Below, piece after piece: positions 1-12,807 of a stretch of DNA of 64,000 bases; position 1 is the first letter of the stretch, and each line of letters opens with the position of its first letter. The position numbers were made by a program, and so were the translations under genes. The DNA is taken from the NCBI GenBank assembly GCA_051294375.1, contig CM119265.1, forward strand, positions 12,009,611 through 12,073,610. Reading direction: 5' to 3'. This DNA is from Paraspadella gotoi (lineage: Eukaryota; Animalia; Chaetognatha). The notes below the pieces were generated by a model. That model was not told where the DNA came from. It searched no databases and saw nothing but the letters and a program-made list of their open reading frames with translations.

Positions 1-284
1 TATAAGAAATTTTTTGTACATTGAAAGTATACTTAAAAATTCATAAATTTTTGTTTGAGCATGTTCTCATACTAAATTTTTGATTCACCCTATTGAGAGG
101 GGCTTCCCCTATTCAGAAGAAAAAAAGAGAGAAAGAGAGAACGACATATAATTAAAAGAGAGATAGAGAGAAGCCTAACAGCCGCTGGAATCAGAAGCAG
201 CAGCGATGGAGAAAAAGAGAGAGCGACATATTATTAAGAGAGAGAAAAGTTCAACAGCCCTTTTACTCTTACTTAGTAAGTAAG

Positions 285-430
285 TACCTATGGCGCCCGA
301 GGTAGCGCAAACTCCTCCCAATCTGAAGGACTCGGGTTCGCGCCCTTATGATACATACAAGAAATGCAGGAAAAAAAAAAGCGAAAAAAAGGGAGAATGG
401 ATGGTAAACTGCTGACGGCATCGTCTTCAA
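285..430 (+). mobile_element. Degenerate copy of the tRNA-headed small element (same family as 27578-27812), central structured body lost
   Basis: Head GTACCTATGGCGCCCGAGGTAGC..CTCCCAA..GGTTCGCGCCC and tail GGTAAACTGCT..GGCATCGTCTTC match the reverse complement of 27578-27812; the middle is replaced by A-rich sequence. Confidence 0.75.
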
Positions 431-774
431 TATTAGTGAGCCCACAATATATATATATAAATATAAATTTTTTTTGTTAAAAAAAAAAAAAAATAGAGAG
501 AGAGAGAGAGAAAGAAAGAAGCTGGACGACGCTGCATGACGCTGCAGAGCCAGAACTCGTTTTTAGACAAATCAGAAGAAGCAGTGACTGAGAAAAAAAG
601 AGAGAGCGACATAGGTTCTGCGTACAAACGTTGCATTTCGGAAAAAAACGACTCTTTCCACTATTGTTCAGTTGTTACTAACAATGTTGATAAACTTTGT
701 ACCACAACACAAATTAGGCTGAACGAAGGATTGGTTAGAAACATCTCCACCCGTTTCTAATGATAAAAGAATAC

Positions 775-1290
775 CAAATTTGCAACTTTTAGGAAAAAAA
801 ATTATGTCCATTTTTGTCCATTTTTACTTACGACTTCTGATTTGAATACCAAGGAAAGTTGAGAAAAATTTTTTACTTTGGAAATCCGTTCTTCTTATCC
901 TTCTTTACCCCTGGGTAAATTTATTAGCTTAAATCATTTATAGTTTGCCTTGAATAATTTATAAAGTTAACAAGTCAAAAGTTTGCAGTTTCAGTTTTAT
1001 CATAATTTGTTAAACAAAATTAATCAAATTGGTTGAAATTAACAGAAAATATAGCCTATCGAATAACCTTTTAACACCTATAAATTATCAAAAAAACTTT
1101 TTTGGTTTAGTCACAAATTTTTTTAAAGACAACTTTTAATTTGTGACTTTTGTGACTTGCATTTATTTTTGATAAAGAGAATATTTTTCAACTCATTTAT
1201 TAGTTTTAAAAGATGGGTACATACTGACGTTGACCTAATCAAAAAAAACCGCATCCTTTTAACCCAATGTAAAGCGTCAGGACTTGTTTT
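775..1290 (+). repeat. Dispersed repeat, diverged copy at about 8400-8910
   Basis: Shared TTTGCAACTTT..AAATTATGTCCATTTTTGTCCATTTT start and colinear similarity through AAAGCGTCAG. Confidence 0.7.
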
Positions 1291-1967
1291 TTTCCTGAGA
1301 ATAATACTAATAAATACTAAATAAAAAAAAATCATGCGCTCCCGTTCATTTTCTTTCTTATAATCATATTAAGATTTCTTTGATTTGGCTCAATGTAAAC
1401 GTAGTGAGAGAAATAGGAAAGGGAAAACAAGAAAAGGAGAAGGGAGAGAATGAAAAGAGAGTGAAAAGGCAAAAAAAACGGCAAATGGGGAAAAATAGTG
1501 AAACAATTGTAAGGTGAGAAAAGAGGAAAAATGGAAAGAAAAGAGGGAAAAGAAAGGGAAAAGAAAGGGAAAAGAAAGGGAAAGAATGAAGACAAGAAAA
1601 AAGGTGAGGAAAGTGCATGAGTGGCAGAAAAAGGTAGGGGCCGAAAAATGGTAAGTGACAGCGTAGAGAAGGGGGAAAGAGGAAGAGGAAAATATAAAGA
1701 AAGAGAGAAAAGAGGTGAAGAAAAATAATATAAATATAAATGATAATATCTAAACTTTAACTTAATATGATCGCACACTTTTATAAAAATCCATTGTAAT
1801 TCGTCGTAGTCCCAATCCAAAGACCTCAGGTTCGCACAAGAAAAGCGAAAAAAAAAGTGAATAAATTTTTTTTTTGTAAAAAAGAGAGAGAGTTTTCCCG
1901 CCAACGAGACGCATTATTAGGTCACTCGTTTATATCAGTTATCCGTTGCCTCGCAACGGTGGCGTGA

Positions 1968-2185
1968 TCTAGGTCAAGTTGATTTTTTTTATACACGAAA
2001 CGTTTCCGCCGTCTGAAATTGGGTCATGTTGATTTTTTTATACAGGTAAAGTTTCCGCCGTGTATCAACTAGGTCAAGTTGATTTTTCCTTTTGTTTACA
2101 TTCAACGCCTCGCCGTCTTGAAATTGGGTCATGTTGATTTTTTTTATACATTAACGTTTCCGTCGAAACGCGTTATTAGGTCATG
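1968..2185. repeat. Tandem repeat, about 45-50 bp unit, 4-5 copies
   Basis: Recurring GGTCA(A/T)GTTGATTTTTTTTATAC...GTTTCCGCCGT. Confidence 0.75.
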
Positions 2186-2628
2186 TTCCTCGACATTGTT
2201 TACTCGTTGCCCCGCAACGGCCACGAAATCCAGGTCGAGAGAAAAAAGCGCGGAATAAATGGCGATAATAAAAGTTTTTAGAAGGAAAAAAATAATCAGA
2301 ATTTTTCAAAAAAAGCACGATCACGCAAGAGATCTTAGAGAGAGAGAGAGAGAGACAGAAGCTGGACAGCCGCTGCACAGCCGCTTCAGAGCTGAACTCG
2401 TTTTTAGACGAATCTGAATAGGGTTGAACTCTTTTCCTTTCTATAATTAAATATTAAAAAATAAATATTTTTTGTACATTGAAATTTTCGTTTGAGCATG
2501 TTCCCATTCTAAATTTTTGACTCACCCCATTGAGAGGGGCTACACCTAATCAGAAGAAAACTAGTTAATTAATTAATTAGGCAATTAATTAATTTTATNN
2601 NNNNNNNNCCATTTTAACTCATTTTCAC

Positions 2629-2940
2629 TTGGAAGATTCCATCGAAACTTGAATTCCAGCTTAATCACACACTTTCCTACCCAACTACAAAATTTCATTT
2701 CTATCCATCCTTGCAATCAGGAGTATTTGGTGTTTTTTGCTAAGGTGGGACGGACGGACAGACAGACAGACAGAGAGACAGACGGACGGATGGACATCGT
2801 TTTTTTTTACATAATTGATCATAATTCGATGTTCTGACATGATATAAGTCAATGCCCGACAATATTGAGGGGGCGGACCGACGGACCGACACAGTGAATT
2901 ATAGAGTCGGGATCTGCTGACAAGCAGATCTGACTAAAAA
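2629..2940 (+). mobile_element. 3' part of a Helentron/DINE-1(HINE)-like non-autonomous element
   Basis: GGAC/AGAC microsatellite, then TTATAGAGTCGGGATCTGC..GCAGATCTGACTAAAAA terminal stem-loop; near-identical to about 14235-14556. Confidence 0.65.
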
Positions 2941-4004
2941 TTGTATCAGATTATGTGGCGTCTTACCTAAGACCTTTTGTGTAAGTAAAAGACACGAAGA
3001 TTCTTATAAGGAATTTGATCTTTAAAATTTAACTGTACCATAAAAATTCAAACATACTTATTTCTAAAATTAAGCAGTTAATGAGATTAGATAAACAATC
3101 ATTGAAGAAATCATGTCTTACCGTATTTTTAACTCATAAAAATTTACATGGGAAGTTCTAAGTGATAAGAAGGAGATAACTTGAGACGACCGTTTTTTTA
3201 AATGAAGAAATCTTCGTACTAACCAATAAGATCAAGAACGATGGTAATTATTGAAGTTCAGATTTCGTTGACTAAAAGACTCTGATTGTACGCGAAACCC
3301 ATATAATTAAAAGAAAGAGAGAGGGAAAGAGACATAATTAAAAGGTTTTTGTTTTGTAAATAAAACAAACAAATAGGAATATTGATATGAAACATGGGAA
3401 TTTTAAAGATCTTGATGATTAGAAGCCATATATAAATTTTCAACTCCCTATGATATCACACTTTTAGAAGCCATGATTGCAAAAAAGCGTGACAGACGAC
3501 GACGACGAATGCCTTTCAAGTCAAGTCCAGACGACGACGACGACTACGGCACAAAGAAGCGAAAGCGAATTATTATAGAGACAGGACCGGCTTCGCCCGG
3601 TCTGTCTCGATAAAAAAACGGTAAGTCACAGCCAAACCTATAAAAGCGTTGTAATTTTTATATAAAAACAGCGTGATGCCGACGACGACGTCACAAAGAA
3701 GCCTGGCCTTAACATTATAGAGCCAGGAGCAGGCGAAGCCTGTCCTGGCTCGATAAAAATAGCCATTCATTAAATAAGCCATATTTCCCCTGACTTTGGA
3801 CAGCCTTTGGTGGTTTAAGGCCTCCATCACTCTTATAAGCTAATGACATAATTAATTATATTAGATTTCGTTAGGTCCCCGTTTCTCTAATCGATTAACC
3901 AGAAAGAATTTACTATCACTCATTGCTTAAGGTCGAAATACAAAATTTAATCTGAAGAGACAGTAATTATTGATAAGTGTTAATGACAGAACCGTTCAAT
4001 ATAA

Positions 4005-4170
4005 GCAGTCCCTGAGCTTCGGATCAGGCTGTGACACCATGTTACAGGCGGGTTAAGCGCCCCGTCCCTCTTAACTGCCAGACGACCACCGGGCTATAAC
4101 CCCGGACCTTTGGGTTGGGAGGCGAATGACTTGCCTCCGGCACCAATGGCCGCTGATGAACGGTTGGTGG
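4005..4170 (-). mobile_element. tRNA(Gly-CCC)-like head plus twister-like structured body (diverged family member)
   Basis: Minus strand: tRNA-like segment with CTCCCAA loop, then GCAGT..GGGACGGGGCGCTTAACCCGCC[hairpin]GCCTGATCCGAAGCTCAGGG ACTGC; homologous to 27616-27775. Confidence 0.7.
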
Positions 4171-4392
4171 ATTTTAGGCCACCATAAATCATTAATTGAT
4201 TTCCGATTCCCTCTGACAATGACTTGCTATTATCACAAGATGGTCATTCAATTAAACCGATCACAAAACTTCTTGTACTTTATTTTAAAGGGCATTTTCT
4301 TCGTCATTCGGACCTTCTCACCATTCCTCACCGACATTGCTTTTTCAAGGCTTCCCCCTTTCCCCGTTTTCCACCCTTTACTACCAACCATG

Positions 4393-4996
4393 TCATCCTT
4401 TAATCCTCGAATCGTCTCTTCTTAAAAGAGACTCGACCGCGGATGCATGGCCTGAAGCGGCAGCATCGTGTAAGAGGTAGTAGGGTGTCTTTATCGCCTC
4501 CAGCGAATGCTCCAGAGAAGGCTTTGACGTTATTGGGATATAATTTAAATCTCGTGATATCAATTGACAGTTTCGTTCTGAATATATTTTTATCATTTCA
4601 ACATTATCCAACATTATCGTCACCCGATAAACTTCACCTGGCACAAATCGTATGAAGTGGCCGCATTCTCGACAATGATGTAGAACTCGCATTTCGACAT
4701 CGCATCCGTTGCAAATGAAGCCTAAAAAACATCGCCTTCTTTTCTATTCTCTTGATCATATTATTAATCTACCCTGACTGGTGTCCATCCTCGAGAGAAA
4801 ACAAAATATTACGTATGAAGTAAACGTTTTATTCTAAACGAGTAAAAATAATAATACTGCATGTTAATAGAAATCTAATTAGCCCAATATTATCAGTTTC
4901 AACTATTTGAAAACAAAATAGTAGTATCTCGTTTAACCAGTCTTTATGCTTGAGGTTGGCGAAATCGAGGGAAGAGAGATTCAGAGATGAAGTCAT
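4393..4996 (-). CDS. Small spliced gene or pseudogene with a degenerate FYVE-like zinc finger and one ankyrin-like repeat
   Basis: Exons 4996-4938, 4789-4773 and 4721-4393 join in frame by GT-AG introns: ..KDWMDTSQGFICNGCDVEMRVLHHCRECGHF (WxD, CxxC, HHCRxCG) and LLHDAAASGHASAVESLL. Confidence 0.55.
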
Positions 4997-5275
4997 GGAT
5001 CAAAACGACGCTTTGGCAGTTTGACACCAACATTTTTATTCCGGCGTAACGTAGTGTTCGATAATTTCTATATTTTTCTATTCAAAAGGCTAATAAAAAT
5101 AATAATTTGGTTATAACGTTAAAAACATGTATAATAAACGGCTTTAATAATGAATTAGTTATCTAGCGTGCTTTGGATACAATGGTGGTGGTCGTTTCGT
5201 AAAACTCTCTAATTAAAAAAAAAAACAATAACTATACGAAGCGCGTTTGGTGTCTTTGCGGAAAAAAAAAAGATT

Positions 5276-8200
5276 TCACAGTTGAGTAACGAAGAGATTG
5301 GGATGACTGATATGCATTTGGTGAAGGTATCGCTCTCTCGTCTCTCGCGTCATGGAGGGGTCGTTCTTGATTGAGAGATAGAGGCTGCGGAGAGCGTCCG
5401 TCGTTTCCGTCACCTGGGGAAGAAGTTGGATTTTTTTTTCAAATGGATGAAGTCAAACCATTTATTCTATTTAAATCACGATTCCCGAATCTCGATGGGT
5501 TTTAACCTTCTGCTCCTCGTAAGTCTCCTCTTCTATAGTTTTGCAGTACTGAACGGCGGATCGGCGGAAGCGCGCCGAGCGCCGTAGAGATGGATCCGCG
5601 CGTGAGGGTCGAAGGGAAATCATGTTCACCTGCAATTCGGGGATTAAAAATTTGAGGCTTTTGTGGCTATGCGACTTTTTGACATGCCGGATGCATAGTG
5701 CGGGATAACTGGTTATCCAATCTTATTAATCCGTTAATAACTGAGGTTAAAAAAACTCAAAAAGTTTCAACCAATACAGAAATATATGTAAGACGTATAT
5801 GTATGTGTAATGTATTGTAATGTAATGCATATAATTGAACTTCATACAGTTACTACATGTCTCGCAAATTATTGGGCAAACCAAACTAAAGGAATACTTG
5901 GAAATTAAGTTTCACACCCAAAGAAAATACCTTTCTGCGTATCTGACGAAGAAAAAATTTAATATGAAAATTAAATTAAAAACAACATTATGAAGAAACA
6001 ATGATGACGATGCCATATAAAACAAATCGCTACCTTTTCTTCGACTTCTTCTTTAATCTCTTGTGGAATTTCAGCAAGTTCTTTGGAATGACGCACGAGG
6101 TGACCTTTTTAATAAAAAAAACCCAATTGAAAAAAACCGCCCTTTTCTTTCATTTACGTACGTTCCTCCTTCCACCTTAGATTCACCTAAAAATGATTTC
6201 CATTCGGGAATATGCGTCGCGTGCTTCTTGCCGAAAATCACGGGTGCGAACGTGTCCAGCACGTGCGTCGCGTTCGACTTTCCGATCAGCAGGCGAACGG
6301 AGCTGTTGAACACTGGTCGTTGGGGAGGGGAAGAGATTGAAATTTATAATATAAAGTCTATGTCTAACTACTTTTCCAACATTTTCACGGTCCATTACCT
6401 GCGACGTTCATAAACAGCAGCAGCCTCAGCAGCACGTTACGCCTCTCCGACGGGACGAGGAGTATGAGTAGGCGGGAGGCAAGGAGCGATTCGGCCTCAC
6501 GCCCGAGACAGAGCAACTCGGAAATGGCCGCGTAGATGGGGTTGAGCGAAGGTGGGAGAAGGGCAGGAAGGGGACGCTGGGTGAAGTTTATACTGTTTAG
6601 GAATCAAATAAAAGCAACAAGGGTAAAAACCTTTCCCAAGACAAGAATCTTACCTTTTTCGCGGAGACTCCGGAGCAGGCTGCGGCGCTGTGGGAAAGAA
6701 CGGCATCCGTCGTGGTCTGAAAGAGACGGATACAGCGCTCGTCGAGACTCTCCACGTCGAAGGCCACGTTGGTGAAGGATCCACCTCCGTTCTGGTGAGT
6801 GAAGTAGAAATTACATAACGATTCCTCCCAATACACAACGAGAAGCAGAATATTTACCTGCTTGTAATAATCCGGCGAAGGGGGCGGCAAAACTTCGAGC
6901 AGCGACGACGAAGCGACGAGCCAGCGATGATACACCGACTCGGACCCTTTAGCCTCTTCCTGTTTCGGGTGAGGAAAGAGAGAACCGGAACTGGTCCACC
7001 GAGTAAGGATCTCGTGCCGCTCCTCCTCATCCAACATGGGCGGCACGACGAGACCCTCGGAGACGGCGCTTGAATCACTGGCGCAGAGTTCGTCCACGGC
7101 GGAAATGACGTCGTCGAGGATGTTGAGGTCAACTTGGAGGGGAGGGGAGAGATGATATTCTTTCCCAAAACTAAAGATCGATTCGGCCCAACTCACCCAG
7201 AGAGAAGAGACGAGACAAGGCTGCTTCGCGAACGAGCTCCGCCTCGACGGCCGGCGTCACCAGCGCCAGCCCGTCGTCGTCGAGAGCGGACCCGGAAGAA
7301 TTCTGGCGCAAGTCGTTTTGACTGAAGACGCGGCGCAGTCTGGAATAAGAGAATTGAATTGGGTTTCATTTCGCCAAAACGAAAACTTTCATGCAGCCTT
7401 GCCTAGAGGGCGCCCGAAAATTATCCGTCGCAGATGAGTTTCCTCTGCCGAACGAGGACCGCAACCCAAAGGGGTTGTGGCCGCCGGCTTTATTGTTCTT
7501 TGGGTGGAGGGCCTTTGGATTGTTGCCGAAAAAATTGATGTTAACTCGGTTGGAATTGGATTCGTCCTCGACCGAATCGCCAGCGTCGAAAGCGGCGTCG
7601 CCGCGCAAACTCGAGCTGCTGAAAACGTGACGAGAAAATTTGGAGGCAGACGTGGAGACCCGCTGGAAGGAGTCCTGATTGAAAGACGATTGACCAATTA
7701 AACGCACGAATAGTTTCCATTAAAGACGCCAAGATAACTTTTCAGAGGAGGATTTAGCCTGCCGTCCAATTCTCCTCTTCCTCTTCTTCTTCTTCTTTCC
7801 TCCTCCTGCCCCTCAGTATATTTTTGTCTAGCGATACATTTCTTCGTTTCTACTCTCGCGAAATATACCATTATTTTTCCCTCTATTTCTCACGCCTTCA
7901 ATACCCCACAAGTGACGCCTTCTTCGCGGCTCGATACCCTACTCCCCGTGGATTAAGTTTCCCGTGCAAACCCTCAGCAAAAAAAACCGTGGAATTATCA
8001 AAAGAAACTATCTTTCTGCACTAACAACCAAAACAGAAACTCGGAAATCAACTAATTGGACAAATCTTCCTCCCAAAAAGAAAGGATTTATTTTACAAAA
8101 CCACTACAAAAAAACTGCATAATTTAGAAACAAAATCCTACTAATATTTATCACAAAATATCTTTCTCCTTTCTCTTTACTCTTCGTCAACCAAAACTTG

Positions 8201-11200
8201 GAATTTTCAAATCTAAACATCAAACTTTGAACCTAAAAGGCAGTGATTTCTATCGAGGAATTCAGCAAAAAAACCACTTTTGCAATATTGCTAGAATATT
8301 ATCAACAGAATTGATTCAATTTGAACCCAAGACAAAGTGGGCTGGACTACGGATTAATTAAAATCATCTGCTGCTTTTTCTAATCAAGAATCGATATAAT
8401 TTTTGCAACTTTAATAAAAAAAAAATTATGTCCATTTTTGTCCATTTTGACTTTGTCTTGAGATTTGAACGTCAAGATCATTGAAGAAAATTTTTACTCC
8501 GGATTTCGGGTACTTCTTATCTTCTTTATCACTGAGTGGGTTCATTTGCCGTTGGTCATCCATTGTTTGCCTATGAATTAATTTTAAAATTGACTAGTAA
8601 AAAAATTACATTTTTACATTTTATTACAATTTGTTAAACGAAAATACTCAAAATGTCCACAAATCTAATCAAATATTCCCTTTCAACGGAGCTTCTGGTA
8701 CCTAAAAATTAGGGCAAAAAATTTAATAGTTTTGCAGAAATTAAATTTTTAAGTCAACTTTTAATTTGTGAGGATTTGTGAGGTGGGTTTTATTTGAACT
8801 AAAACTCGGTTTTTGACTTATTTAATAGTTCTAATAGATGAGAAATATACTAAGGTTAACAAATTAAAAAAAACTGCATTCTTTTAATGTAATGGAAAGC
8901 GTCAGTAATTTTTTTCCTCTCAATCGACAGGTTTTTGCGGAAAAAATTTCCGCAAAAATCTGTCGATTTTTTAAATCTGCAAGGCAACCAAACTTTGAAT
9001 AAAATAATACGCTACCCAAGATTTTTTTTCTTACAATACATTTTAATGATGTGAAAACTCAAGCTGGAAAAATCCAAGGAGAAACTTCATTTGCAAGAAT
9101 CAACTCAAACAAGAATCAACACAAAAATCAAGCCTGCTCTTATCAGTCTCCGGTCAAGAAATGGGAAACAAAATCAAGAAATGAAAGAACTAGACCCTGG
9201 AAAGAATACATGATCCCTCAAACCTGCGCTGAAAAGATCTACATCCCCCCTCATCGACGTGTTCCTCAAGACCAAAGAAGGCAACCTGCTTTTGGACAAC
9301 GCAAAAATACTTACCCTAAACTGATGGAAATAGACTTACGACCATGGTTGCGCCAGAAGTTTGCTGTATTTTTGGCCCAAACTTTACCATTGCCCTTTTT
9401 TTAAGAATCAATATCAGTCATGGTGCAGTGGCATAACTTGTCAATGACTGTGACATAAATTAAAAATAAACTTTTAATCATTTAAATAGCTTTGATAGAA
9501 ATCCAATAGTTTTAGTTTGTGACTTCTCTCTCTTTTTTAGTTCTGTGTCTTTGTTTTTTTAGTCCAGAGGGAAGCATGACGATGTCATGCCACGCCATTG
9601 GGGGCCTGGACATGACATCTTGGTCAAGAAGGGGGACGCAGAGGAGGATTTAGCCTGCCGTCCAATTCTCCTCTTCCTCTTTCCTCCTCCTGCCCCTCAG
9701 TATATTTTGTCTAGCGATACATTCTCTCGTTTCTACTCTTCGCGAAATATACCATTATTTTTCCCTCTATTTCTTCACGCCTTCAATACCCCACAAGCTT
9801 TTCAACCTGAACGGATTTTAAGGGACCGAAAATCTCTTTGACCTCCTCGGGAACGGATCCTGTTGAGGCCGTGGAAAAGGCAGGGTTCACGACGCCGCCG
9901 ACTTCCTGTTTCCGAGAAATTGACAAAAAGATGAAAAGAGTGCCAAATACGGAGACGCTGTTTTAACCCCACAGACCTTTGACGGCGACTGATTTGGCGT
10001 AACGTAACTCTCGGGATCGTCGTCGTCTGCCACGCCTCCATCGACGGCGCGAAGGTCGAGTCGTCCGATGTTGAGTAAATTTCCGTTGGAGGTTCTCTTT
10101 CGGATCACATTCGATCCTGGAAGCGGATTAATAAATCGATAGAGATTACTCGGCTGACCCCAACGAGCACTATGACCTTACCTCTCTTGTGTGGCGTCCC
10201 CGGATCGCTGGGGTGACGCATCCTGGCCTTTCTGGTTCTCATAGAGTTTCTCCTTCCTTCCAATTGACCGCCTTCGTCGTCATCGTCGAGGCGCTTGAGG
10301 CGGGTGTCGGCCAACGAAGTCGTCGTCTTCAACGTCGTATTTTTGTCGCAAAATACGAAGAATTTGGAGGCGTGGTCTTCGAAGATAGGCTTCGTTTCGC
10401 GACTGCGAATGCTTCCGCTTTTTTTCACTGAAGAATGAGGATGTGAGAACATTTGTTTGCTTGAAAATTTATGATACCCGATATGACGCAGAGACAGATC
10501 ACGCTTAATTTGCTTCCCACCCTACTTATGATCATTTTTACTTCACTCGTCGCCATATTTGATTCATAATCTTTTAGCTATAGTTGTTGTTTGGTACTCG
10601 GAGACCTAAGCTACTGTTTCCATGAGTGTCAACCGCCCACAAAAAGGGCAATAGGGTCAGGAAAAGAAGAAATCTGACAAAAAGTCCAGAAAAATGCTTA
10701 CAAAAAATTGTAGTAGCGTTAGTTAAGAGCCTTGGTTACTTTAAGAATATACATAATGAGCTTTAACAATAGATATTCATTATCTACAGAAAAAGAGCAA
10801 TATTTCAGACCCATTAAAAAATATTTTTTTATCTGGGAATAGTACAAAATATGCAAATGAGTTATGATACAAGAATTACAAAAGAATTTTGTCTTTTTAT
10901 CTATATTTGAACTTGTTCATTGTAATAGACCATCATCATCAACAGCAAAAATTTTCAAAAAGATTTTTCAAAAGAGCAATCTTTTGCCAATATGCATGAT
11001 AAATTTGGCTGCTTAAAATGCTAGAATAATATGCTTAATTAATTTTTAATTATTGAAGAAGATAGAATAATTCAATTTTTAAAAAAAATATTTTTGTGTT
11101 CAGAATTTTAGATCTAGACTATGATCCAAAATTTTTTCATTTTGAAAAATATCAGATTCAAGGCATTTGATTTTAGAACAATCTGATGTTTTTTGTTTTT

Positions 11201-12651
11201 TTATATCTTTATTTTTTATGCAAAACTAAAATTCTGAATGACCATTGGTCAAGTCGAATATATAAAGAAATAAAGCTTTGCTCAAATTGAGAATATTAGA
11301 TGTTTTATAATAACAAGTTTGAGCAAACAATGTCGGATCTGCCTACGTAATATTAATTAATTAATTAATTAATTAATCGATTAATTAATTAATTAATTTT
11401 AATATGTAATAATTAATTTTAAATTATATTCAACTTATCATCATCGATGTCCTTAAAATTGGGTTAGGACAGTTATTAAATATGTTTTGTTTGCATTTTA
11501 TCAAAACAAACAAATATCCTCTATTTTATTTTATGTCTCCTTGTCTCTCTCACTCTCACTCTCTCTCTCTCTCTCTCTTTTTATGCAATTGCGACGATCT
11601 TTATGCTTTTAAAGTTTTTTTAACTTGCATCATTTTTTCACAAATTAATTAATTAATTAATTAACTAATTAATTAAAACATTTATTAGTAATCATTAATA
11701 TTAAAGATTCAAGTATTGTGACTTATGTTTTTTCCATCTAAACTCATTTCCACTGGCACAATTCCGTCAAAACTTTATATAATTATTATATATTAATAAA
11801 TATTTAAAAGCTTCAGTGCAACAACCAATGAACTAAATCAAAAAGTTACATTGAAAATCGATTTAGTAGTAAAAGGAAAAAAAAATTTTTAAAGAGAACT
11901 AGGAGTTAGAAAAAGTGTTCAATTTTGGCCCGCCTTACTAGATATTAGGCCGGAACAGGTTGAAAACTAGAAGTTCTCTCAAATAAATAATGGTTAAGCG
12001 ACTATTAAATAATATGAAAATGAAAATAATTTTTAAATTTTGCTTATCAATTTTTTTTATAGATTCTGATAGAGCTTTAAAAGTTAGATAAAGGTATTAA
12101 TACAACTTTTTTTGGTTTTATTTTATGAAAAATTAAAAAAAATAAAATTCCGCCAATAATGATGATGATAATTTTTTAAGGTTTTTTTTTTTTAACTAAT
12201 TTATTGTCAAAATTTGAAAGAATTATAGTACTAACTTTCATTTAACTTCTTAAGCTCTACAAGAACCCTGTTAAATTTTCCGTGTTTCAAGTTTCCCAAA
12301 AATCGTTGCTCTTTTTGCCTAAAACGTTTACTATATATCTAAGTGAAGAAACTTACCTTTGTGAGAGAAAGTAAGAATTATATTAGTAGTTCTCAAGCTT
12401 TACGAGCGTGAAGCAGGTTTGTTTTAATGTTTCTTTACTTGATTAATATTTAATATTAAGGTTTTTTATTAATTCGTTTATATTATCTTTTTATAGCCAG
12501 CGTTCAATGCCGTTCCATGCGTTTCTATGTCGTTCAATGCCGTTCAATGCCTTTCAATGCCGTTCAATGCCGTTTGTATCTCAATTGCTTCTACATTTGG
12601 TTGATTAACAATGTAAATTACTTCGGACATTATTTCGGACTCTCTTTTCTT

Positions 12652-12692
<41 letters not shown>

Positions 12693-12776
12693 CAATTGCA
12701 ACGATCCTTATGCTCATTTTCTGCTCCTCTTCTCTCTTTGCAATTGCGACGATCCATGCTCATTTTCTGCTCTCCT

Positions 12777-12807
<31 letters not shown>

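Noticed and set aside
1332-1904. 190-aa hydrophobic ORF (also 21173-21418 and 23754-24098)
   Set aside because: Translation of GA/TC-rich or AT-rich low-complexity DNA with no domain signal
2599-2608. Structural junction at the N-run
   Set aside because: Assembly gap; adjacency across it cannot be interpreted
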